A stretch of 64,000 nt of DNA from Octopus vulgaris (Eukaryota). The stretch lies in contig OX597826.1 of NCBI GenBank assembly GCA_951406725.2, forward strand, positions 16,368,001-16,432,000. Reading direction: 5' to 3'. Below, in pieces: positions 53,385-64,000 of this stretch. The notes under the pieces are model-generated. The model saw only the letters and a program-made list of their open reading frames with translations, was not told the DNA's origin and did no database searches. Made by a program: the position numbers and the translations under genes. How positions within the stretch are numbered: position 1 is the stretch's first letter; each line of letters begins with the position of its first letter.

Positions 53385-54190
53385 AGATGAGTAAATTGTC
53401 ACCATTTTATATTTTTAATTTCGAGCATTGCTTATTTTTTATTTTGTCGACTACACAGTATAGTAAGTTTAGTTGGGCACCGTCTGTAAGTAATACGGTA
53501 TTATAACGCATATCACTCTACCAAAAATTTCGAAACGGTATGCTGTAATGTTTGGCATTCGTAACGGAAGCTCCAATACGAACATTTCAGAGTGTTTGAG
53601 TGTCAATCTGCGGACATGTACCGAGATTGATAAAAAGCAAACAAGTCAATAACATGGTGTTTGGAGAGATCACTAGTGATGGCGATGTTATGCCTCCATT
53701 CATCTTCCTACGCAGCCTCAAACTCAATTAGGAAGCCTACGTCAAGTGCCTGGCGAAGGTAGTGCTGCTATGGATCATGAAGGTGGCTGCTGGAAGACAT
53801 TCTCTCTGGCAAAAGGACTCTGCACCTTACCACACAAACAGGAGGAACCAGTCAAGTGCGACAACATCACCCCCAAACATCTGGCCACTTACTTCCCAGA
53901 CTGCAACTCACTTCATTATTATAAGAGGGGCACAGTTGAGCGGGAGAGAAGACAAAATTCTTTGTAACACCAAAGAGGAACTGAAGGCAAGGATTACTGC
54001 AGCAGTCACTTAACTTAAACGTGAAGACCGTCCGGAGGCCGTGTTTGAAGCCAATGGCGATTTTATTGAATAAATTTACTCTTTAGTGTTTCAAGATATC
54101 TTTATAACACTTTGGTAGATATATCTGTGAAAATGGGATGTGTTATTTTCATTTTTGCGTAAGTTAAACGAGTTTATTGACCACACCTTA
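53385..54190 (+). mobile_element. Internally deleted maT/DD37D-like Tc1/mariner transposon
   Basis: MVFGEITSDGDVMPPFIF, YVKCLAKVVLLWI..VAAGR..WQKDSAPYHT, NIWP..SPDCN and CNTKEELKARI. Frameshifted. Confidence 0.8.
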
Positions 54191-54234
54191 CACACACACA
54201 CACACACACACATACGCGCGCACACACACACGCA

Positions 54235-54342
<108 letters not shown>

Positions 54343-54454
54343 TGATAGTTTGGTATGATTGTGGGGCTTCTGAATCAGATTTCAAATTTTCAGAAACCGG
54401 AAAATGTAAAATTATATCAAAACTGGTTTTATAACAACATTTATTTATAAGTGT

Positions 54455-54830
54455 AGGTTTGGCTGTGTTGTAAGAAGTTTGCTTCCGAACGATATAGTCC
54501 TGTGTTCAGACACACTGTGTGGATCGTTGGACAAGTGTCTTCTCTTGTAGTCCCAAGTTTTCAAAGGACATTTGAGTTGAATTTGATAGACGGGGAATGC
54601 GAAAAGCTTGAGGGATATATGTATATTTGTGTGTCTATGTGTGGCTCTGTGATTGTACTCCAGCGCTGCTCGAAAACCGTTGTTGGTATGTTTACGTCCC
54701 CGTGATTTAACAGCTTGGCTAGAGAGACCTATAGAATAAGATCCAGGCTTTAAGAAAATAAGTTCTGTTGTCGACTCGTTTGTCTAATCTTTTTTTTTTT
54801 AATTAGTGTCTCTGCATGGCTACAGTCCAA
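54455..54830 (+). mobile_element. Decayed SINE family B
   Basis: tggctgtgttgtaagaagtttgcttcc head, ttggacaagtgtcttct and tgtttacgtccccgtga. Confidence 0.7.
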
Positions 54831-57296
54831 TGATTGTATATAATGTGATAAATAACAATTTATAACATAAAGTGAAAGGGGCGGACATCGATAAATGGCA
54901 TAACTGTATGGTTCTGTGCAGTGTTCTCGAATAAATAGTGATTCATAGTGAAATGAGATAGAAATACGTTAACTGAACATAAACTCTTTCCAGTGGAGTA
55001 AAGCATATTTTGAGAGAGATGTTGAGCGACCATGTAGAGTTTATTTCTTTGAATCGGAGTCATAATAGCCAAAATTTCTTTGTATCATGTATATCAGACT
55101 AGATTTTCAATGGGAACTAATCAAGAAAAACATGAACTGCAAAAACGAGAATGTTTAAATCTAATTTACATTTTACACACACACACACAAGTAATGCAAG
55201 GTTGTTTAAAAGTTGAATTTTTAAAGTTGAGATATTAGTATTTTTTTTTCTGTAATCATATCATGATTACATTTCCCATCGCCAATGTAAATTTACTAAT
55301 TAATTATCTCTTAGGTTTGCAACATCGCGTATTATTGGTATTAATTTCAAATCATGAAGTTGCAATTTATACAACATTAATTTTTAAGTAACAGCGTAAT
55401 ATCCACTGGGCATTTTCTGTTATAGAAATAATGGATAAAATGTGATGACTCCGGTAGCAGGTGAATCTCGTAATAAAACGCAAGTTTGAAAGACGTTTCA
55501 GGAAATGTTCTAAACTGTGTGTTTTAAAAGGGAAAAAAAATACCTTTCAGCATAATAACCTGCTTTGAATTATCTTCTTTGCGGTTTAGATCCTTCTCAG
55601 TATTGCATTGTAAAACTACATGATATTATCAAAATCTCGGTTTATGTCCCTTTCCTCGTGTATTGCTGCTTGAATCAGTTCTTAAGGAATTTCATCAATG
55701 TCATACGATTTACATTTGTGAAGTTTATGAGACATTTCTGGAGGTGTTACAAAGTCGATTACATAAACTCATAGCAACAATAGATTGTTCAATTGATTCG
55801 CAAGTGAAATCATATTAAGTTTGCACTTGATAGTCATGAATAAGCTCTTGAAGATGTAAATGAGCAAATTTTCGTTTAGGTGGCTTACTTCAGGGCAATT
55901 AAAGGCAGGAAAATTATGACATAATTCAATAATGATAAATGCTTGGTCGATCTCAGTAAGTACCCTAGCATGAAAGGGAATTAATACGTAAACTCCCTCT
56001 ACGGAAAGCGACCGAGAGATGTCTTTAATTGTATTCCGTTTGGTAGAGTATATGTATAAGTATGCTCTTTGGAACGTAGAACTACTTAAGAGTAATTAGA
56101 TAGTTCATTCTCTGCACAAAAATGTGACATATACTGTCTATAATCTGACATATTACAACTAAATGCCACTGACACTACCAATAACACGCGTGTTGGGTAA
56201 AATCTCTAATCTCCGTCAACCCCACTGCAAGTAATTAGAAAATTTCACCTAGTAAGTTAAGAACATGAAGCTCAAAATAAAATATATTTCTTTGTATATT
56301 CTTGCGTATGCGTAGGGACATAAATACACACAACGAAATGACTGTTGATGTGCTATGATATAATTAAATATTTGGCTGTAATAGCAAAAAAGCGAATTGA
56401 AATAGTTTAGTAACACATGGAATATTGCAGGCGACACTCAAATACTGAGAAGTATAAAATATCTTTTTCTCTGCAGTGTGGTATATTTAAAACTGCCATA
56501 AGTGTAAACACAAGAGGATTTTCAGAATAGTCGCCAAGGACACTACTTCGAAATCAACAACATGATTACAGTTACGTCAGCGAAATATTGAATATTCAAT
56601 TACCACTGTGACGTCGGTGAAATATTGAACCTGTGGTTATAGAGATTTATATAATCTGAAGTTGATAAAACGAAGCAAAACTACTTGAAAAAAGAATCAA
56701 TTAATGTTTGAAGATTTTTTAAAACTATTATTCTACAAATACCATTACTATAAAACTGTGAGTGAAATTACCAGAAAATATGGGGCACGAATTGATATTT
56801 AACTTCTTTTCATTTCTCTTAAGCTCCCTTACTTTATTCATTTACAGTATTTCATCATTCCTAATTTCTCCTACTAACAGCGTTACCCTATTGTCTTATA
56901 AGTACCTTCGAGAATTAGTAATCTCAATCCTGATAATAGGCTCGACTGCTTGCGATTCTGAGGAATCCAATAAAGACACTCAAGTAGAAATGTTTGGTAA
57001 TAAACTAGGTTGCTGCTGCCTGGAGCCGAATGGGGCTTCCTTCGATACAAGCCTATTCACCAAACTGGATCGACGTTTTTATCGACCTCCAATGTCTTCT
57101 TTCTTTTACACTTTACATGTGTCACGCTTTGGACATTGGCTATGCCAAAACAGCGTCTGGAAGGTTTACTGGAACATATCGAAACCAGTACATATTAAAG
57201 CCTGGTTGCCATTCCATCGGACAATTTTACAGAACCACCAACGAATCGTCAATCGTTGATGAAGGATGAATACTAGCACACAGATATATCCATATA

Positions 57297-57362
<66 letters not shown>

Positions 57363-57375
57363 CAGAGAGTGAGAG

Positions 57376-57903
57376 AGAGGTCACAAAGGTGACGTAGGTT
57401 GCTGGGCAGCACCGATTATGCATAAATAAGAAATAAATGAAAGCACTTGATAAAGGGAGGTAAGTGCCAAGGGTACATAGCCGTATTGCTATTAGGAATT
57501 TTGGTGTAGAACACCCTAATTCTCACCACCGGTTCTTAACACCAAGGGTTAAACTCAACTGTCTTTGTAAATCTATAAGAAACATCGTTGAAATCATATA
57601 CCGATATTCAAAAAAGTAAAAGTGTAAACAAGAAATGAAAAGTGCAGCTTTTTAACAATTAGAACCTAAAGGCAAAACGAATAGGGATCGCAAAAGTGAG
57701 GGAGGGTCCTGACGAGCTATATGCGCCAGGGATTTACCTCCCTTTATTATACGTTAATATAGTACTTTAGTGACTTTAGGGTTAACTAGCCTCTTCTTTT
57801 AGCATAAGCGGTACTGGCCAGTACCCTCCTTCACCTTTGTGACCTCTATTAATTTTGCATTTAGGTTTTAATCGCTAATAATAATCCACACTTTTAATCT
57901 GTT
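57376..57903 (+). mobile_element. PLE-like non-coding element with diverged inverted 5' copy and hammerhead-variant motif
   Basis: agaggtcacaaaggtga (57376) is complementary to tcacctttgtgacctct (57831), and ataaagggaggtaa to ttacctccctttat. CTGACGA lies at 57709. Confidence 0.55.
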
Positions 57904-57937
57904 ATATATTTGTATGTATATATATATATTATATATA

Positions 57938-58218
57938 TCACCTCGACTGACCAAGGCTATCAGATGTTGCTACACATTGCTGGTCACAATGCGCTTCGCA
58001 TTGTTTTTAGCCTTCAAATGACGCCACCCCGCTGGCTAAGCAAGCAGGCCAACAGGAGAAAGATTGAGAGAAAGTTGTGGTGAAAGAGTACAGCAGGGTT
58101 TAACGCCCCCCCTGCTTTAGGTGTTTTCGTTCAATAAACACTCACAACGCCTGGGAATCGAAACCGCGATCCTACGACTGCGAGTCCGCTGCCCTAACCA
58201 CAGGGCCATTGCGCCTCC
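57938..58218 (-). mobile_element. SINE family C, tail type 2
   Basis: Reverse complement of 45183-45492 with small deletions. Confidence 0.88.
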
Positions 58219-58220
58219 AG

Positions 58221-58360
<140 letters not shown>

Positions 58361-58496
58361 CAAATTAGCTAGTTCTAAATTGTCTGTATAAGATGCAAGT
58401 AGTAACTTTAGTGAAAAGTAATGTTTGCGGCCACTTCAACATGACTGTTCCGTACGGAACACCATTCTTCGTACTCCATTTTTAACCCCAGGAGAA

Positions 58497-58527
<31 letters not shown>

Positions 58528-58579
58528 CTCACTCTCTCTCTTTCTCTGAATACATACATATACATACATACACACACAC

Positions 58580-58626
<47 letters not shown>

Positions 58627-58629
58627 GAA

Positions 58630-58660
<31 letters not shown>

Positions 58661-58689
58661 GATATTATCATATAAAAAATATATATATA

Positions 58690-58818
58690 TATTTCTATAT
58701 TGCCCACAGGGAGCTAAACATAGAGGGGAGAAACAAGAAAAGACAAGGGGATTAAGTTGATTACAAGTGCTTAACTGGTACTTATTAAATAGACCCCGAA
58801 AGGATGAAAGGCAAACTA
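58690..58818 (-). mobile_element. 3' fragment of SINE family A
   Basis: ttgcccacagggagctaaacatagagggg..gaccccgaaaggatgaaaggcaaa. Confidence 0.8.
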
Positions 58819-59050
58819 TATATATGAGCGAGTACATGTGAAATAAAATAACAAGCCAAAAGCAATTTGATATTCGTAGGAATTTCTATTTATAAAATTT
58901 CCTTGGCCCTGTTATCTTATTCTAATTAACATATATGTGTACAAATGGGGACCGTAGTGTTGTTGGTAAATGTATGTAGGAAAGCAAGTACACACACACT
59001 CACACACACACACACCACACTCACATATATATATATATACTAAATATATA

Positions 59051-59609
59051 TTATACTAAATATCATGGAAAATCCTAAGTAATGGCTTCGGGGAAGAGAA
59101 TTGAGAATAAAGTAAAGGTGATAAGAGTGTTGCTAGTGGGAGGTATAAAATTTACATTTTTTCGATATCTAAGCAAGAATGTTGAAGAGAAACGAAGGTG
59201 TGAGAGAGACAAGAATTGAAATTTTCGGAAATGTTTTTATTAATTCCGACGCAAGACCCGCAAGATTATTATGCCTTTTTTGTGGCAACTTCTCTGTAGA
59301 AGAGTGTAGGCTCGAAACGTAAAGTTGCCATAAAAAAGGCATAATTATCTTGCGGGTCTTGCGTCGGAATTAATAAAAAAATTTCCGAAAATATATCTAA
59401 GCAATTATTTATGTTCATACTTAGTTTATAAAATTTAATTTCAATTCTTGTCTCTCTCACACCTTCGTTTCTCTTCAACATTCTTGCTTAGATATCGAAA
59501 AAATGCAAATTTTATACCTCCCATTAGCAACACTCCTATCACCTTTACTTTATTCTCAATCCTCTTCCCCTAAATCATTACTTAGGATTTTCCTTGATAT
59601 TTAGTATAA
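59051..59609. mobile_element. Fold-back element (arms about 240 and 290 bp, 30-nt loop with hammerhead-like remnant)
   Basis: 59051-59291 is complementary to 59322-59609 (the left arm lacks about 45 nt). Loop: ctCTGTAGAagagtgtaggctcGAAACGTA. Confidence 0.88.
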
Positions 59610-59884
59610 ACCAGCTGGGAGTAAGCAGCACTTCCTATTGTATCCACGAATGAGAAAATTATTTCGAAACTTTTCGTGGGAACATTTCAAAATTTGCCTG
59701 ACAGCTGTGATTCAGCCTTGCCAGAGTTCTCAAAAGTAATCGTAATGTGATTTAACTAGAATTATGGAAATGCGTACATATAAGTATGTCAAAGGCACAG
59801 TTTCTCTATCTTGATGGAGATCAGCCACGTTCAGTATTAATGTTTTAAATTCTTCTTTAAATAATCATCTTTATAAACAAGGTC

Positions 59885-60077
59885 GTAGTCACGGGTGTGT
59901 GGTAAGAATTTTGCATCCCAGTCACATGGTTTTCGGTTGTCACTGCACCGCCTTATGTACAAGTGCCTTCCGCTATAGCCTAGGGCCGACCAAAGCCATG
60001 TCAGTGGTTTTGGTGGACAGAAGTTGAAAGAAACCTGTCAGTGTTATGTGTGTGTGCGTGTGTGTGTATGTGTGTGG

Positions 60078-60117
<40 letters not shown>

Positions 60118-60305
60118 TTGACATCTACCACTTCTTGTCAACAGGTGTTGATTTACGTCTCCATTACTTTAGTGATCAGAAAAAAATACACAGATGCAAT
60201 AACGCCAGGTTTTAAAAATAGGCACTGGGATAGGATTGATCGACTGAACCCTTCAAGCAAGGACTGAGGAATGGCTGTGTTTCAATGACTGAAAGACGGA
60301 AATGA
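59885..60305 (+). mobile_element. Decayed SINE family B
   Basis: gtgtgtggtaagaa head, ctatagcctagggccgaccaaagcc, internal (TG)n and an aatgactgaaa tail. Confidence 0.75.
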
Positions 60306-60700
60306 TAATCGGTAAAAGTGTACATAGCAGAAATGTCATTGTCTGAGTAAAGTGCATAATTTTTTAATTACCCTTTAAGTTCTAAGTGAAAATATCGTCT
60401 TCCTATGCTCGCTTTCTTTGTCTGTATAATAAATATGTCGTCTTTTCAATATTAGAAGTCATTATTTCTATTCCATTTTCACACATATTTTATTTCTGTT
60501 TTGAAACTGACTTTATATTTGTGTATTTGGTTTTAATTTGTTAATTAATTTTCTCTTTCACTAAAAGATTTAATTACCTCGTTATTAGTAGAACTGTTAA
60601 CCACACAATAGGAAGGTTATTAAGTATTTCAAATTATTAATCTATTTTGAGTTAATAACTAACAAAATAGAAGTAATGAGACTTCAATAGGTGTTTTGCA

Positions 60701-61543
60701 CAAGGTTGTATCAAAATGTACCCGGACTCGTTCTGTAGCGCACCAACTAATGGCCCCACACGGATGCGTGCAAAATGGGAGCTAGTGATCTTCCTGAGAC
60801 TGTGTTCCGAGTGACAGCGCTGTGCTTAGTTAGCATGTCGCTAAATTTGTGTTTTTTTTTATTATATGTATGCTGTAGTTTGCGATTTTATCCTGAACAG
60901 GAACAAACAGCCAGCGTAAACGTTTGCTTTAAGCAAGGGAAGTCTGATATAAAGGCATTGAGAATGCTTTGGCAAGTTTACTGCGACGAGGTAATGGGTC
61001 ATATGCAAGGTTTCGAGTGGCGCGGGCGCTTCAGAAGCCGAATAATGTCCCTGAAAGATGCGGATTGATCTGGAAGACCTACCATGAGCGTCTTTCCAGG
61101 AAATGTCACTTGAGTGCTCTACTGCGACACTTTGAGGCGTTTGATTGAGGACATTCGGCGAAAGCGCCTGGATCTGAGGGGCGCGAAGAATAGGATTCGT
61201 CACGATGACAATGCACCCTGTCACCGAGCTCTCCTCAGGCGTAAGTTTCTCCCCCAAAACAACATGGTGTCTCTTCCGCACCCGCCTTATTTGTCAGATT
61301 TAGCACCAGCGGACTTTTCCCCAAGCTGAAAATACAGTTCAAAGGTCACTGATTTAACACTGGTCAGTCCTGGAAAGCTTAAGGAAAATGACATCTGGGG
61401 CGGATTGCAAAGGTGACAGGCACGCTGGGACCAGAGTATTGCTGAACAAGGTGATTAATTCGAAGGAGATGATATTAAAACGTAAGTAAATAAGGGTTAT
61501 TTTATCAAACATAATTAGAATTGGAACCTTTTGATGCCATCTA
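60701..61543 (+). mobile_element. Internally deleted mariner transposon
   Basis: EQTASVNVCFKQGKS..FEWRGRFRS and LRRLIEDIRRKR..HDDNAPCHR..LPHPPYLSDLAPADF. TIR remnants aggttgtatcaaaatgtacc / ggaaccttttgatgccatct. Confidence 0.88.
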
Positions 61544-61744
61544 CTATCATTGATTTATTCATATATTTACGTTATAAACAAAGAAACAGGAACATGTAAG
61601 TTGAAAAAAATAATGAGTAGCCTGAAAAGTTATTTACATTATTTACTTATTATTGACATCATTTTCTTCAGGAATAAAAATTCGCGATATAATGAAATAA
61701 AATAAATATCAAATCAAAATAATAACAATAATAATAATAACAAC

Positions 61745-61806
<62 letters not shown>

Positions 61807-61817
61807 TAATAAAAATG

Positions 61818-61873
<56 letters not shown>

Positions 61874-61874
<1 letters not shown>

Positions 61875-62428
61875 GCCCTGATGCAGTACCAGGCAGTGGC
61901 TCTCATGGCTTCTGATCTTAACTGATTGGAAGTGTTATCATGTACATTGTTTTGTCTTGGTATAAAAGATGGGCTACAGCAAATATTCTGCTCAATACCA
62001 CAGATTTGCTTGTCAGTTGTTTGACCTTAACCAGTTGAGCATGTCCCTTAGTGGCTGACGATATGTGCATCTCTGATCACGAGCAGAAGTAGTGGGGGAG
62101 CATCATAGCCATGTGTTGAGAAGGATTCTTTGGGGTTTGAATAATTCACCTCTGGAAACATGGGTGTTTCATTCAACGTCCTTAAACAACCCTTATTCAG
62201 GGACCTTTTGAGCGGGATGGGTTACTCGATCTGAAGAAAATTCTAACTGGGCTCCACCTGCAAGGTCATGTGCTGTTTATCTTGATATGAGATCACCATA
62301 TCGCGCACATATGGTTGTGATGCATGTGCCTGATGTACCCTTATCAGACGGGTAGTCATGATGGGTATACTGGGCTTCGTATATTTGACCCCAGTGTCAC
62401 TTTGATGGCATGCTCTGCTCGCTCACTC
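61874..62428. mobile_element. Roughly 555-bp non-coding interspersed element sitting between two (AAT)n tracts
   Basis: GC-richer island with sharp edges, bounded by (AAT)n at 61718-61873 and 62429-62478. No ORF, TIR or tRNA head seen. Confidence 0.65.
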
Positions 62429-62506
<78 letters not shown>

Positions 62507-62667
62507 AAGAGAAAGAAAAAGAAGAGAATTAGAATAATAATCCTTTGTCCAATAGATACAATGCGTGAGATTTTAGGCGAGGGTCATAGTCGATTACATC
62601 AACCCCAGTACTAGATTGCTACTTATTTTACCGCTAAGCATTTCGCCCGGCGTGCTAACGATTCTGC

Positions 62668-62847
62668 CAGAAGAAGAAGAAGAAGAAGAAGAAGAAGAAG
62701 AAGAAGAAGAAGAAGAAAAGGAGAAGGAGGAGAAGAAGAAGAAGAAGAAGAAGAAGAAGAAGAAGAAGACGAAGAAGAAGAAGAAGAAGAAGAAGAAGAA
62801 GAAGAAGAAGAAGAAGAAGAAGAAGAAGAAGAAGAAGAAGAAGAAGA
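62668..62847. repeat. Long (AAG)n microsatellite next to a deleted family-A SINE fragment (62540-62668)
   Basis: Direct reading. Confidence 0.95.
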
Positions 62848-63838
62848 CCATAAAATCCCGATTTGGGATTAGAAGCGTGAGACTCAGAACAGAGATTAAA
62901 CGATCCTTAACTTCTGCATAAAAGCAAAACCATCCTATAAGAAACCTCAGCAGCATGCAATGAAACATAATAATATAAGTCACCTCAGAGATATGTGGTG
63001 ATGGAGAAGAATAAATAAATCCTGTTCTCCCCGGCAGCCTAGTCTTGACCAAGCAAAACATATATCCACAGACACCAGAGATCTGAAACTCAAATACTCT
63101 GAATGCTAGCAGAAACAGAATGTAGATCGTTCAGGCTTATCCCTGAAAAGGTATCAGAAAAGGACCAAATAACAATCGTTAGGATATATTAATGAAAATA
63201 CACTGGGAGTTCAATATAGTCAACCATATTGCTGAAGACGTCCACGTCGAGAAAGTAAATATATCTTCTAATAGATATATCAGTTACTACAATATACCTC
63301 GAAAAGAATTAAAAGAGGTGTTGAAATAGAGAGATTTGATATAAGGGATCATCCGTGTGAACCCTGAAGGCAAAAGGAAATTCCATAGAATACCAGACGC
63401 TTTAGTTAGAGTCAATAATATGCAGACAAATGCATAACGAACATTCAATAACGTAGAGAACATTCAAAATAGTAACAGAAAAAAACAATGAGACAAAACG
63501 GAGTATATACCCATGGAGCACGACGCTGTGCTCGAAATTACAGTGAATGTCCACAGTGCGAATGACACTGTCTTTTATTTTATACATGTTTCAGTCACTC
63601 GATTGAAGCTATGAAGGAACAGTGACTTCAAGACTTTATCGAATAAAACGATAATAGGGATCTTTTAACTCTAGTATTTCTGGTATCGGTTTCGTTTGAA
63701 GAACCTATAGATTACGCGCAAGTAAAGAAACCAACACCACACACACACATATATATATATATGAAAGTCTCTGTGTACCTCTTTCTCCCTCTATCTCTCA
63801 CTATATATATATATGTACCTGTACATCATCTCCAAACC

Positions 63839-63884
<46 letters not shown>

Positions 63885-63890
<6 letters not shown>

Positions 63891-64000
63891 TAATCCAAAC
63901 AAGAAAACACAGAAAAAAAGAGAAAAAAACACAGCAACGCAGGACGTGGAACAATTAAAGTATTATTGACGCTCAGGAAAGAAGGAAAGGAGGGCTTAAC
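63885..64000 (-). mobile_element. Probable PLE-like terminal fragment cut by the window edge
   Basis: Purine-rich sequence starting directly after (TA)n, similar in style to the other pseudo-LTR ends. The diagnostic part would lie beyond 64000. Confidence 0.35.

Noticed and set aside
56762-57259. 165-aa ORF
   Set aside because: No recognisable domain or splice structure. The GC-richer part looks like a decayed retroelement on the opposite strand.
62594-63061. Poly-K/E and poly-F/S ORFs
   Set aside because: These come from the (AAG)n microsatellite.

Overview
This is AT-rich, repeat-saturated animal genomic DNA, most likely an intron or intergenic region. The SINE families and very long (TA)n/(CA)n/(AAT)n tracts suggest a coleoid cephalopod (Octopus); this is an inference from recognition, not a search. 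I found no credible intact host gene, and nearly all listed ORFs are microsatellite artefacts or decayed transposon frames. The window holds a near-full-length dead R4/Dong-clade LINE, a full-length dead piggyBac, a full-length dead Tc1, several mariner and maT-type remnants, two Helitrons (one retaining four 23-aa STPR-like repeats), a Ty3/gypsy remnant and three tRNA-derived SINE families. The most interesting layer is a set of Penelope-like (PLE) fragments and non-coding fold-back elements from several unrelated families. They carry type-I hammerhead ribozyme motifs: two near-canonical ones (14681-14773, 46133-46179), one typical PLE one (24820-24865) and several core variants. A 479-nt terminally redundant retrozyme-like unit and at least seven long inverted repeats are also present. 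All coordinates were read by eye, and ends of decayed elements are approximate.
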